In this document: positions 49,977 through 60,393 of the stretch, one piece after another
Layout of the letters: each line of letters opens with the position of its first letter
Numbering within the stretch: the stretch's first letter is position 1
Assembly: GCA_963766065.1 (NCBI GenBank)
Contig: CAVYAC010000104.1
Span: 1,516 to 65,515, forward strand
DNA length: 64,000 nt
Source: an uncultured Verrucomicrobiae bacterium
GTDB taxonomy: Bacteria > Verrucomicrobiota > Verrucomicrobiia > Palsa-1439
Reading direction: 5' to 3'
Program-made: the position numbers and the translations under genes
Notes under the pieces: model-generated
Database searches by the model: none
What the model was told of the DNA's origin: nothing
The model's input: only the letters and a program-made list of their open reading frames with translations

Positions 49977-50061
49977 TGGTGCGCGGGACAGGACTTGAAC
50001 CTGCACGGCTTTCGCCATACGCCCCTCAAACGTACGTGTCTGCCAATTCCACCACCCGCGC
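49977..50061 (-). tRNA. tRNA-Leu (anticodon GAG)
   Basis: Hand-folded 85 nt: acceptor GCGCGGG/CCCGCGC, D-stem GTG/CAC, anticodon stem TACGT/GCGTA with loop TTGAGGG, long variable arm, T-arm GCAGG-TTCAAGT-CCTGT, and encoded CCA. Confidence 0.9.
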
Positions 50062-50129
50062 ACAAGCGGCTCAGGACGCCGATAAATTATATGGAAAACC
50101 GACCGTCGGCAAGCTAAGATTTGTCCACC

Positions 50130-50891
50130 ATGTCAGGTCATTCCAAGTGGTCGAAGATCAAGCACACCAAGGGCGTGGTGGACTCCAAACGCGGCAAGGT
50201 CTTCGCCAAGCTCGGCAAGGAGATGACCGTGGCCGCCAAACACGGCGGCGGCGACCCCGGTTTCAATCCCCGATTGCGCACCATCCTGATGAAAGCTCGC
50301 GCCGTCAACATGCCCGCCGACAACATCGACCGCGCCATCAAGAAGGGTACGGGCGAACTCCCCGGTGTCACATACGAAGAAATCACCTATGAAGGCTACG
50401 CGCACGGTGGCGTCGCCCTGCTGGTGGAGTTGCTCACCGATAGCAAGAACCGCACGGCTTCCGAGATTCGGATGATCTTCACCAAACACGGCGGCAACAT
50501 GGCCGGCGTGGGTGCCGTCAAGCACCTGTTTCATCGCAAAGGCCAGATCGTGGTTCCGAAAGAACAGATTTCGGAAGACGACCTCATGACCCTCGCCCTC
50601 GACGCGGGCGCCGAAGACATGATCACGCACCCGGACACGTACGAAATCCTCACCGACCCGCATCAGTTCGAGGCGGTTCACAAGGCGCTCGAAGCGAAAA
50701 ACATCAAGCCGCAGTTGGCCGAGATCGCGCAATTACCGCTCACGCCGGTGTCCGTCACCGACGAAAAGACCGCCCGCGCGGTGTTGGGGCTGATTGACGC
50801 GCTCGAAGACAACGACGACGTCCAGAACGTTTATTCCAATTACGATATCCCCGACGACATCATGGAGCGGGCAACCGCCCCCGCCGCATAA
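50130..50891 (+). CDS. YebC/PmpR-family transcriptional regulator
   Basis: MSGHSKWSKIKHTKG...DNIDRAIKKG. Confidence 0.9.
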   Translation: MSGHSKWSKIKHTKGVVDSKRGKVFAKLGKEMTVAAKHGGGDPGFNPRLRTILMKARAVNMPADNIDRAIKKGTGELPGVTYEEITYEGYAHGGVALLVELLTDSKNRTASEIRMIFTKHGGNMAGVGAVKHLFHRKGQIVVPKEQISEDDLMTLALDAGAEDMITHPDTYEILTDPHQFEAVHKALEAKNIKPQLAEIAQLPLTPVSVTDEKTARAVLGLIDALEDNDDVQNVYSNYDIPDDIMERATAPAA

Positions 50892-50949
50892 CTGTAGCGG
50901 CGGTCGGAGCCTGCGCTGAGCGCAGCCGAAGCGACCGCCGTCTGGTACG

Positions 50950-51447
50950 ATGATCATCCTCGGCATTGACCCCAGCCTCCGCAGCACCGGCTTCGGCGTC
51001 GTCGAAGTGCGCGGCAACCAGATGTCCGCGCTCTGTCATGGGCACATCCAGAACCCGCCGAGCCTCCTTCCGTCCCGCTGTCTGGTGCGGATCGGCGACG
51101 CGGTCAAGAAACTCATCGACGAACACAAACCCGACGCGGTGGCGATCGAAGGATTGGTCTACGTCCAAAATACGCGCATCGCGTTCACGCTCGGCCAGGT
51201 CCGCGGAGTCGTCATCGCTGCCGCCGCCGCGAACGATCTCCCGATCTACGAGTATGCCCCGCGGAAAGTGAAGCAGGCGGTCACCGGCCTCGGCGGCGCC
51301 GGTAAAACCCAGGTCGGCAACATGGTCAAGGCGATGCTCGGACTCCCGGAAATCCCCCAAGCCGATGCCGGCGACGCCCTCGCCCTCGCCATCTGCCACG
51401 CCCACAACCGCCGCGGCGTCCAGATCAAACCGGCCAAACAAATTTAG
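50950..51447 (+). CDS. ruvC: Crossover junction endodeoxyribonuclease RuvC
   Basis: MIILGIDPSLRSTGFGVVE...AIEGLVY...DALALAICHA. Confidence 0.9.
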   Translation: MIILGIDPSLRSTGFGVVEVRGNQMSALCHGHIQNPPSLLPSRCLVRIGDAVKKLIDEHKPDAVAIEGLVYVQNTRIAFTLGQVRGVVIAAAAANDLPIYEYAPRKVKQAVTGLGGAGKTQVGNMVKAMLGLPEIPQADAGDALALAICHAHNRRGVQIKPAKQI

Positions 51448-51565
51448 AGCGTGTTTAGGCGCTCAATTGGCTTGAAAGCCATATCGGATGTGGCATACTG
51501 GCGACCACGCGGGAGGGAGACAAACAAGATGGCGCCGGTGGGGGCCATATGGGAAAAGTCGGTTT

Positions 51566-52573
51566 ATGAGGGCAGAAATATTGTTTGGCATAAGCAAAAC
51601 CACAATTGCCATACTTATAACGCTTTCTTTTCAGCTCACTTCCAGTGTTGCCGATGTCCTAAATTTTGGGCCATTGGTGAGCACGTCCCAAATTTCCATG
51701 CCAACGAATTATGGTGGCTTTACTTGGCCGACGGGTGGATGGCTAGTGATCCCAAATGGTCTCTGGGACGCAGCCTATGGCAATTCATATGGCGCACCTT
51801 CTGGCGGTGCGGCATCTTCAACATACGGGGCAAGTGCAGTTCTTCTCAGAAGTTCACCCTTCACATTTTTGGGTGCGGACTTCACCACTTGGGGGATTGA
51901 CGACGCCTTCGCCAGCTTTAGTGCCACGACCATTACCGTCTATGGATATGACGCCGGAGGCGGGTTGGTAGGAGAAGTTTCCATGAACCTCTCACCTTCA
52001 AGCTATAATTTTCTTTCCGCCAACCTCTCAAATGTTACAGAACTCGTGTTCCTAGGCTCTGGCGGCGGCGTTAATTCTGACTGGCTGATCGACAGCCTGA
52101 CCTACACCTCAACCCAATTTTATACGCTGATTGTCAACGCATCTCCAGCCGATGGCGGCACCGCCACCGGTGGTGGCTCATTTGCTTCGGACAGTTCACA
52201 AACGGTAACCGCCACCGCCAACATCGGCTACACCTTCGCCAATTGGACGGAGAACGGCATCGTTGTAAGCACGTCAGCCAGTTACAGCTTCACTCTCACC
52301 GGGAATGAGACCCTGACAGCCAACTTTGCGCCATTCCAGATCACGTCGATCACGCCGACCAACGCCATCGACCTGTTGATCACGTGGAATACCACCGGAA
52401 CCAACAACATCGTCCAAGTCACTGCCGGTGCGGATGCCAGCGGCAGTTTCTCGACCAATGGCTTCATCGACGTGACCAATCTTGTCGTCACCACCACAAC
52501 GACGAATTTTTGGGACATGGGTGCGGCGACTAGCAACCCGTCGCGGTACTACCGGATCCGCTCGCCGGAATGA
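51566..52573 (+). CDS. Secreted protein: PEP-CTERM-paralogue-like N-domain, InlB-B-repeat-like domain, C-terminal RYYRIRS domain
   Basis: Signal peptide. The N-domain resembles 30596/33082 proteins (P.NYGGF.W....). YTLIVNASPADGGTATGGGSF...YTFANWTENG. Tail ITWNTTGTNNIVQV...SRYYRIRSPE. Confidence 0.7.
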   Translation: MRAEILFGISKTTIAILITLSFQLTSSVADVLNFGPLVSTSQISMPTNYGGFTWPTGGWLVIPNGLWDAAYGNSYGAPSGGAASSTYGASAVLLRSSPFTFLGADFTTWGIDDAFASFSATTITVYGYDAGGGLVGEVSMNLSPSSYNFLSANLSNVTELVFLGSGGGVNSDWLIDSLTYTSTQFYTLIVNASPADGGTATGGGSFASDSSQTVTATANIGYTFANWTENGIVVSTSASYSFTLTGNETLTANFAPFQITSITPTNAIDLLITWNTTGTNNIVQVTAGADASGSFSTNGFIDVTNLVVTTTTTNFWDMGAATSNPSRYYRIRSPE

Positions 52574-52652
52574 TGGCCAGAACAATCCCGCGGCAGGATT
52601 GTCCCATCAATTCGCGTTGATTCGTCTGCATTCGCGGGTACACTGGCCGGGA

Positions 52653-53252
52653 ATGATTGCGTATCTCCACGGCAAGCTCGCGGATGCCACGCCCACGCAT
52701 GTGGTTGTGGACTGCCAGGGCGTGGGCTATGCCGTGTTCATCCCGCTGTCGAGCTACGACAAGCTGCCGCCCCGGGGCGCGGACGTGAAATTGCTCACGT
52801 ATCACCACGTCGTTTCCCAGGATGGCACGCAGCAATTGTTCGGGTTTGTCACGCCCGACGAGCGCGAGATGTTCCTGTTGCTGATCAGCATCAGCGGGAT
52901 CGGCCCGAAACTGGCCATCAACATCCTCAGCAGCACGTCGATCTCGGCGTTGCGCGGCGCGATTGCCAGCGGCGACACCAAAACGCTTTCCACCCTGCGC
53001 GGCATTGGCAAGAAGACCGCCGAGCGCCTGGTGGTCGAGCTGAAGGACAAGATCGGCGGGGCGGCGGCGTTCGAGACGAAGGGCCGCGCCGCCACGCCCG
53101 AAGAACAGAAGCTCACCGATGCCGTCCTGGCACTTGTCTCGCTCGGCTACAAGCAGGTCGATGCCCACAAGGCGATCCTCACCGCCGCCCAGACAGCCGG
53201 CCCGAAAGCCACCGTCGAGGAAATCGTCCGGACGGCGCTGCGGACGACATAA
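52653..53252 (+). CDS. ruvA: Holliday junction helicase subunit RuvA
   Basis: MIAYLHGKL...VVDCQGVGY, HhH motifs ISGIGPKLA and LRGIGKKTAERL, and a C-terminal domain III. Confidence 0.9.
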   Translation: MIAYLHGKLADATPTHVVVDCQGVGYAVFIPLSSYDKLPPRGADVKLLTYHHVVSQDGTQQLFGFVTPDEREMFLLLISISGIGPKLAINILSSTSISALRGAIASGDTKTLSTLRGIGKKTAERLVVELKDKIGGAAAFETKGRAATPEEQKLTDAVLALVSLGYKQVDAHKAILTAAQTAGPKATVEEIVRTALRTT

Positions 53253-53255
53253 CGG

Positions 53256-55378
53256 TCATTGCTCGATTCCCAATTGTGTCAGGACGAACGCGTATTCGAA
53301 AGCGGTATTGTGCAGGGCATCGTAGCGCCCGCTCTTGCCGTTGTGGCCGGACGGTTGCAAATTCATCTTGAGCAAGAGCGGATGGGAATCGGTCTTGGTG
53401 GCCCGAAGTTTGGCCACGTACTTCGCCGGTTCCCAGTACATCACCTGGCTGTCGTTGAGCGATGACTCCACCAACAGTGCCGGGTAGGCTTGCGGCTGGA
53501 TGTTGTCGTACGGACTGTACGTCTTCATGTACGCGTACTGATCGGCAATCTTCGGGTTGCCCCATTCCTCGAATTCCCCGACCGTCAGCGGCAACGATTC
53601 GTCGAGCATCGTGTTGATCACGTCAACAAACGGCATTTCCAGCAGCGCCGCCTTGAACAACCGTGGCCGCATGTTCAGCACGGCGCCGACCAGCAGACCG
53701 CCGGCGCTGCCGCCCTCGATGGCCATGTGCTGCGAATCGGTGTAATGCTGCGCCACGAGCGTCTCGGCGCAGGCGATGAAATCGGTAAACGTATTGCGCT
53801 TGGTCAGCATCCGCCCCTGATCGTGCCAGCGCTTGCCGTATTCGCCGCCGCCACGGACGTGCGCGATCGCCATGATCAGGCCGCGGTCGATCAGGCTCAG
53901 CCGGCCCGACGAGAACCAGACATCGGTGGGCAGCCCATACGAACCGTACCCATATAACCACAGCGGATTGCCCGTCGCGCGCTTGAGGTCCTTCCGATAG
54001 ACGAGCGAGATGGGGATCTGGACCCCGTCAGCGGCGGTGGCGAAGATCCGCTCGGTTTGGTACTGGTTGGGATCGTATCCGCCTTTCACGATTTGTCGCT
54101 TCAGCAATTTCCGCCCGTGCGTGGTCATGTCGTAGTCGTAAACGGAAAGCGGCGTCGTCAGGGATTCGTAGGTAATCCGCAGCACATTCGTGTCGAACAC
54201 GGCATTGTCACCCGGCTCGACCGCGTAGGCCGATTCGGGCCACGCGATCGCCTGCGACGAACCCGAGTCGATGTCGTACACGCGGATTTGCGGCAAACCG
54301 TTGGCCCGCTCGATCAGCGCAACGTGATGCGAAAACACGCCGAAATCGTCGAGCGATACGTCGTCGCGGACCGGGACGATTTCCTTCCAATTCTCGTGGC
54401 GCGGATCGGCGATGGGCGCGGTCACGAGCCGGAAGTTCCGCCCCTTGTCGTTCGTGCGAATGTAAAACAAATCGCCGCCGTCATCCGCGCTGTATTCGTG
54501 GTCCTGCTCCCGCGGGGTCAGGGTCATCAACGGCTCGTCGGGATGATCCGCCCGCAGATAGCGGACTTCGTCCGTCGTCTTGCTGCTAATGGCGACGTAC
54601 ACGAACCGTTTGCTGTGCGACCGGTTGACGTTCGACCGAGAACAGCGCGTCCTTCTCCTCGTACACCAGCATGTCCTCTTTCTCGCCAAGTTTGTGCCGC
54701 CAGACCCGATAGGCCCGCTTCGCGTTGTCCTCCGTGACATAGAAGAGTGTCTGGTTGTCCGTCGCCCACGCGACGCTGTTGACCCGCGGAATCTTCTCGC
54801 TCAACAACGCGCCCGTCCGCAGGTCTTTCACATACAGCGAGTATTCGCGAAACCCGGTCTCGTCCGTACTGAACGCCAGCAAATTGCCGTCGTCGCTGAC
54901 TTCGGTCACGCCGACGTCGAGGAACTCTTTGCCGGCGGCCATGGCGTTCAGGTCGAGCACGATTTCCTCGACGGCGCTCGTAGACGCTTGTTTGCGCAGG
55001 TACGTGGGATACTGTTTCCCCGGCTCGGTGCGGCGATAATACAACCAATCGCCGTCGCGATACGGCACCGTGTCGTCCGGCTCCTGGACCCGAGCCAGCA
55101 TTTCCCCATAAATTTTCTCCTGCAACGGCTCCGTCGGCTTCATGAACGAGTCCGTGTACGCGTCTTCCGCGCGCAAGTAGTCGAGAACGGCGGGATTGTC
55201 CTTCTCGCGCAGCCAGTAATAATCGTCCACCAAGCGCTCGCCGTGAAGTTCGGTCACGTGCGCGACCTGGCGCGCGACGGGCGGCGGCGCGACAACCACC
55301 AGGTCCGTGACGTGGTGGTTCGGCAGGCCGAAACGCCGAGTATCAGGGCGGCGACCAGGAATAATCTGCGCGATGTCA
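53256..55378 (-). pseudogene. ptrB: Oligopeptidase B / prolyl oligopeptidase (S9A), frameshifted near 54630-54640; possibly a second shift after the signal peptide
   Basis: N-terminal propeller ORF 54586..55299 (DDYYWLREKDNP) continues into ORF 53256..54740 (GGSAGGLL, catalytic Ser). The lipoprotein-like MTSRRLFLVAALILGVSAC at 55378 is in another frame. Confidence 0.8.
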
Positions 55379-55391
55379 TCTCACTGCCGAC

Positions 55392-56498
55392 TCATTTCAG
55401 GAGCTCGTTGTACTGGTTGAAGTACGAGTTGTACATGCTGAGAATCTGATACGCCGTGTACAGCACGACAAACAGGTAGGCGATGCGCGGCAGCCAGGTC
55501 ACGGTCTGGTCGAGACTGCGGCGCCAGCGGTCCTCGTAGTACGCCTCCAACCGATCGAGCATGTCGTCCATGCGGCCGCTCTGTTCGCCCGTGGCCCAAA
55601 ATTGAACGAGGTATTCGGGAAACACGTCGGTTGTCGCGAGGGCCTGGCTGACCTGGAGCTCGGTCCCGATCAGCGGCGCGGCCTTCTTGTAACCATACGC
55701 GATCAACGGACTGTCCACCGTGCGGCTGGCGTACTCCAGCGCGGGCACAATGCCAATCCCCGCGCGCAGCATCAGGCGAATCGACGACACCCACCGGACC
55801 AGCGCGTAATCAAATCGCAGTCGTCCCAGCACCGGCACCGCCCGCAGCAGGCGGTCCACCGTCACGTTCAACCCCGGCACCTGTAGCGACCAGCGCAGCA
55901 ACCACAGGGCGCCCCCGCCAATCAGCACCAGCCCACCGAGAACCCCGGCCGTGTCCCGCCCATAATCGAGCATGGTGTAGGGTTTTCCGTTGGCGGCGCC
56001 GAGGAAAAACGACGGGAAATGACATCCGAACACCGCCACGGTCAACAGCAACACCGGATACATGGAACCCGCGATGAGTTTGTTGCGCGCCGCCGCGCGG
56101 GTCTCGTAATACTTGCTCAACGACAACAGGCCAACGTCCAGCGCGCCGCTGCGCCCGCTCACGTCGAGGGCGTGTTTGTCGAGCGGGGCGAACCGCTGGC
56201 CGCAGCGTTCCATCGCCTCGTGCACCGGCACGCCTTCGTTGACGCGATCGGACAACACCGCCACGGTGGATCGCATCGCCCGGGGCGCTGTCTTCCGGGT
56301 GGACAGCAGCGCGTTCTGGATCGGCAGGCCCGCCTGCACCAGCGTGCCCAACTGATAGTAAAACGCCGCCAGATTTTTGGACGAAAATCTCACGTCGAGC
56401 GCTAACGTAGCACCAACTGCCGCGTCCGTCACAACGAAACGGGCACCGGGTGCATCCGTGTTGTAGCCGCCCCGCTCCGTCGGGGCGCATCCCGGCAC
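55392..56498 (-). CDS. Type II secretion / type IV pilus platform protein (GspF/PilC family), orphan
   Basis: Two T2SSF repeats ([18 protein letters not shown]...; [15 protein letters not shown]...). The real start is probably the GTG near 56392. Confidence 0.8.
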   Translation of the reverse strand: MPGCAPTERGGYNTDAPGARFVVTDAAVGATLALDVRFSSKNLAAFYYQLGTLVQAGLPIQNALLSTRKTAPRAMRSTVAVLSDRVNEGVPVHEAMERCGQRFAPLDKHALDVSGRSGALDVGLLSLSKYYETRAAARNKLIAGSMYPVLLLTVAVFGCHFPSFFLGAANGKPYTMLDYGRDTAGVLGGLVLIGGGALWLLRWSLQVPGLNVTVDRLLRAVPVLGRLRFDYALVRWVSSIRLMLRAGIGIVPALEYASRTVDSPLIAYGYKKAAPLIGTELQVSQALATTDVFPEYLVQFWATGEQSGRMDDMLDRLEAYYEDRWRRSLDQTVTWLPRIAYLFVVLYTAYQILSMYNSYFNQYNELLK

Positions 56499-56597
56499 GG
56501 CGACAGAGCGCCGTGGCTACATCTTCCCGTCTTGAATGGCGGCCCGCCCCGGCCTTTTCGTCTTGCGGTTTGGAGTGGCGTTTCGCATCTTGCCCGC

Positions 56598-57611
56598 ATG
56601 GCCGAGCGGTTCGTCACGGAGACCATTCACGACAAGACGCTGGACGTGTCGCTGCGTCCCGGTCTGTTCGCCGATTTCCAGGGACAGGGCAAGGTGAAAG
56701 AGCGGCTGGAGCTGGCCGTCGAGGCGGCGCGCCAGCGTAAAGATCCCCTCGACCATATTCTCCTGAGCGGCCCGCCGGGGTTGGGCAAGACGACGCTGGC
56801 CCACATCCTCGCCAAGGCGATGGGCGTGAACATCGTCGTCACCAGCGGGCCCGCGCTCGAAAAGGCCGCCAATCTTGCCGGGTTGCTGACCAAGCTCGAC
56901 AAGGGCGATGTGCTGTTCATCGACGAGATTCATCGCCTGCAAAAGGTCGTCGAAGAGTACTTGTATCCCGCGATGGAAGACTTCCGGTTGGATATTGTGA
57001 TCGACCAGGGACCGAACGCGCACAGCGTTCGGTTGAATTTGCCGCGGTTTACGCTCATCGGCGCCACCACGCGCAGCGGACTGCTCACCGCGCCGTTGCG
57101 TTCGCGGTTTCCAATCACGGAGCGGCTCGATTATTACAGTGCCGGTGAATTGACCTCGATCATCCATCGTTCCTCACGCATCCTGAACGTGGACATCGAC
57201 GACGGCGGGGCGACGGAGATCGCCGGTCGGTCGCGCGGGACGCCGCGCATTGCCAACAATCTACTGAAACGCGTCCGCGACTACGCGCAGGTGAAGGCCA
57301 AGTCGAAGCAAATTACCAAGGACATCGCGGACAAGGCGCTGGCGATGCTCGACATCGACGAACACGGCCTCGATGAGATGGACAAGCGCATCCTCGAAAC
57401 GCTGGTGCACAAGTTCGGCGGCAAGCCGGTCGGCATCAGTTCGCTGGCGGTGGCTGTTGGCGAGGAGCCCGACACGCTCGAAGAAGTCTACGAGCCGTTT
57501 TTGATCATGGAAGGCTACCTCAAGCGCACCCCGCAGGGCCGCGTGCCGACGGAATTGGCATACAAGAAACTCGGTGTGAAACCCGGCACGAAGCAGAACG
57601 AGTTGTTTTGA
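56598..57611 (+). CDS. ruvB: Holliday junction helicase RuvB
   Basis: [12 protein letters not shown], Walker [10 protein letters not shown], Walker [10 protein letters not shown], and [16 protein letters not shown]. Confidence 0.95.
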   Translation: MAERFVTETIHDKTLDVSLRPGLFADFQGQGKVKERLELAVEAARQRKDPLDHILLSGPPGLGKTTLAHILAKAMGVNIVVTSGPALEKAANLAGLLTKLDKGDVLFIDEIHRLQKVVEEYLYPAMEDFRLDIVIDQGPNAHSVRLNLPRFTLIGATTRSGLLTAPLRSRFPITERLDYYSAGELTSIIHRSSRILNVDIDDGGATEIAGRSRGTPRIANNLLKRVRDYAQVKAKSKQITKDIADKALAMLDIDEHGLDEMDKRILETLVHKFGGKPVGISSLAVAVGEEPDTLEEVYEPFLIMEGYLKRTPQGRVPTELAYKKLGVKPGTKQNELF

Positions 57612-57715
57612 TGGGCGGCTGGGCTCGGTGCGGGATCGGGAACCCTCGAATAACACCGCTTCGGCAGTGAATACTTGCCGGTTTATGCGTTTCCGAGAAG
57701 TTAGACCCCGCGCCC

Positions 57716-58072
57716 TCAACCGCGGGTTTTGATTCTCTGAGCCCGAAGAAACTCTCGAACAGAGCGCGGCCATGCAAGCAGGTACATGCATACGAAACCG
57801 CATATAGCCGCAATGGCAAAGAGTGGGCCCCGTGAAAAGGCCAGGACCATCGACACAATGCTGTAACCCCCAATTAAAACCAAGAACAACCAAAGTGCCC
57901 AGATATAGCCGCGGTAAATCAGCAACAAGTTTACCAACAGCAGGGAAAGACGAATGACCGTCGCGACGAGACGCTGTGTATCACCCCTGATTCCATACAC
58001 GGCCAGCAGGGCAACATCAATCGCGACGAACGCCGTAAAAACCGACAAGAGGATAAGCTTGCCTTTGTTCAT
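57716..58072 (-). CDS. Small integral membrane protein (hypothetical)
   Basis: Four hydrophobic segments. Start taken at ATG MNKGKL. Confidence 0.5.
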   Translation of the reverse strand: MNKGKLILLSVFTAFVAIDVALLAVYGIRGDTQRLVATVIRLSLLLVNLLLIYRGYIWALWLFLVLIGGYSIVSMVLAFSRGPLFAIAAICGFVCMYLLAWPRSVREFLRAQRIKTRG

Positions 58073-58168
58073 ACTCCTCCCGATCTCGCCAAAACCTATC
58101 AAGATTCAGCGGTTGTCTCAATCCTTTGTATTGTTGACCGCTGCTTTACCGGTGCCCGCCCCCCGCGT

Positions 58169-58726
58169 TCACCCAGAAGTGATAAATCCCCGGCGCAAGA
58201 GGTCCATGAGGCAGGTGTAGGCCTCGAAGTCCGTTCCTGGAAAATTATCGACGGCGGTCTCGAGCGTGTTGTGGTGGAGCACGAGTTGGAAGAGCTGGAT
58301 CTCCTCGGTCGCCAGGTCGCGGAGATTGCCGGGCAGGGGTTCGGCGGCGTGCAGACGCGCGCCTTTTCGCGGCAGTTTTGGTTCGAGGATGCGGATTTCA
58401 TCCAACTGGCGGACGCCCTCAAGAATCAATGACGTGGTGGACTCTGTGATTTCCTCCGGCGCGCGATAATCGCCGGCGGGCCGCAGGTCAAACGTGCCCT
58501 CGGTCCAGGCGAACATGCGATAAAACGCCTTGCGCGATTTCACAATCGGGTTGCTCTCGATCTCGGCGTGGTACACATGGCCGTCGCGGAGGTAGAGCTT
58601 GCCGACGCCGCGATCGGACCGGATCGTCATGACGCCGCTCTTGCGCGAGCCGTTGAAGAGCTGCAACAGATCGGGCAGCGGCATCTCGTGGATGGAACCC
58701 GAGATGAGCGCCGATCCGGCGGTCAC
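58169..58726 (-). CDS. DUF4388 (PATAN-like) domain protein
   Basis: GSIHEMPLPDLLQLFNGSRKSGVMTI...GKLYLRDGHVYHA. The GTG start overlaps the FHA stop (GTGA). Confidence 0.7.
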   Translation of the reverse strand: MTAGSALISGSIHEMPLPDLLQLFNGSRKSGVMTIRSDRGVGKLYLRDGHVYHAEIESNPIVKSRKAFYRMFAWTEGTFDLRPAGDYRAPEEITESTTSLILEGVRQLDEIRILEPKLPRKGARLHAAEPLPGNLRDLATEEIQLFQLVLHHNTLETAVDNFPGTDFEAYTCLMDLLRRGFITSG

Positions 58727-59085
58727 CGGGCTTTCCGGGATTTGCGCCCGGCGGGCGCGGCGGATGGTGTCGCCCGCGGCTTCAGTTCGGTAATGGACAG
58801 CAGCTTGATGGTCAACGAACCGATGATGATCTGGTCGCCCTCTTTGAGTTCGGTACTGCGGATGCGGGCGCCGTTGACGAACGTGCCGTTGCGGGAGGCG
58901 AGGTCTTCGATCACGACCTTGCCGCCATGGGTCGAGATTTTCGCGTGTTTGCGGGACACCTTTTCGTCGAGCAACAGCACATCAACGTCGCTGACGCGAC
59001 CGATCACGATGTAGAGGTCCTGGGGCAAGGGAAACTCCCTTCCCTGGTCCTTGCCGGCGACGAAACGGAGTACGTATTGCAGCAT
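58723..59085 (-). CDS. FHA-domain protein
   Basis: IGR...DV.L.D..VSRKHAKI...V.IEDL.SRNGTFVNG. Confidence 0.85.
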   Translation of the reverse strand: MLQYVLRFVAGKDQGREFPLPQDLYIVIGRVSDVDVLLLDEKVSRKHAKISTHGGKVVIEDLASRNGTFVNGARIRSTELKEGDQIIIGSLTIKLLSITELKPRATPSAAPAGRKSRKAR

Positions 59086-59136
59086 TCGTTCCTCAGATGT
59101 CCTGTGTCGCGACTGTACCGACGCGCGGGAAGCCGG

Positions 59137-60393
59137 TCAAGCTACACTGGCCGACGGCGGTTTGTGGCGTCCCGGTTGCAGCGTCACGACGGTCAGCACC
59201 GCGGCAGCAATCGAGCCAAACCCGAGCCACAACATGATCTGCGGCGCGGGGGTGCGCTGAAACAGTTTGGTGCCGAATTGCAGCCAGAACGCCACGATCA
59301 TGGTGGCGGACGTGAGCATCCCGCGGGCGGCAAACACCGCGCCCCGCCGTTTGTCGTCAACCTCCTCCTGCAGCTTGGCGTCGATGGGAATCAGGATCGT
59401 CGCGGCAATGGCCCCGAGCACGAACAGGAGCAGGACGGTGATCCAGACGCGCGCGGTCAGGCCCATCAGGATCAGCACCGCGCCGACGAGCAACAATTGG
59501 ACGAAGGGCAACCAGGCCGCTTTCGTCCACGATTTGCCGCGTCCGACCAGGCCGATGCCGAGAGCCGCGCCCGCGCCGGCGGCGACCAACAGATAGCCAA
59601 ACCCGCCGGTCCGCAAGCCCAGCGTCTCCATTGTGTAGCCAACGATCTCGACGGCGAACACGCCCGCCAGGAAAGCGAACACGGCAGACAACAGAGACAG
59701 CGATAACGCGCTGTGGTGTTGCCAGAGATAGACCAGCCCGGTTTTCAGGTCGCCCCAACCGCCGGGTTCTTTCGAATCGGCGCCGCCCGTGGTGGCATGC
59801 GGGTCCATCTGGATGCGCCAGACCAGGACGGTGGCGACGATGTACGCGACCGCGTTGGAGATGATGGCCCATTCCACGCCGATTCTCTCGGCCACGAACC
59901 CGCCGATGGCCCGGCCGCCGACGCCGGCGATGGCGAGGCTGGTGGTGAACAATGTATTGGCCTGGATTAGTCGCTCGTTGCCGACGAGGTTGGGGATCAG
60001 CGCGTAGCGGGCCGGATAGTAAAACGTCGTGATCGACCCGATCAAGAGGATCAGTATGTACACAGCGAACAGATTGCGGAACGCGGCTCGACCCATCACG
60101 ACCGGGAAGAGCCACGCGGCGATCACGCCGACAATCACCGCCCGCGATGCATCGCTGACGATCAGCACGTGTCGCCGTTGCCAGCGGTCCACATAGGCGA
60201 TGGCCAGCGGCCCGAGCAGCAGGCCCGGCAGGGCGACCGCGAAGAACATTTTCGCCGTCTCGGTACGCTCGCTATATCCGTGCGCGCGGAAATATTCCAG
60301 CAACCCCATCTGCATCACGGCGTCGCCCAGCGCCAGCGCGATTTGCGAGATCCACAGTCGCCGGAAGCCTTTGTTGTCGAGCAGGGACAGCAC
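59137..60393 (-). CDS. MFS transporter
   Basis: About 12 TM segments with a DRWQRR loop motif. Confidence 0.85.
   Translation of the reverse strand: MLSLLDNKGFRRLWISQIALALGDAVMQMGLLEYFRAHGYSERTETAKMFFAVALPGLLLGPLAIAYVDRWQRRHVLIVSDASRAVIVGVIAAWLFPVVMGRAAFRNLFAVYILILLIGSITTFYYPARYALIPNLVGNERLIQANTLFTTSLAIAGVGGRAIGGFVAERIGVEWAIISNAVAYIVATVLVWRIQMDPHATTGGADSKEPGGWGDLKTGLVYLWQHHSALSLSLLSAVFAFLAGVFAVEIVGYTMETLGLRTGGFGYLLVAAGAGAALGIGLVGRGKSWTKAAWLPFVQLLLVGAVLILMGLTARVWITVLLLFVLGAIAATILIPIDAKLQEEVDDKRRGAVFAARGMLTSATMIVAFWLQFGTKLFQRTPAPQIMLWLGFGSIAAAVLTVVTLQPGRHKPPSASVA

Noticed and set aside
58723-58726. FHA and DUF4388 as one gene split by a frameshift.
   Set aside because: The junction is a clean stop/start overlap (GTGA), with both ORFs complete. 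No homologous sequence is lost in an alternative frame, so ordinary translational coupling is sufficient.
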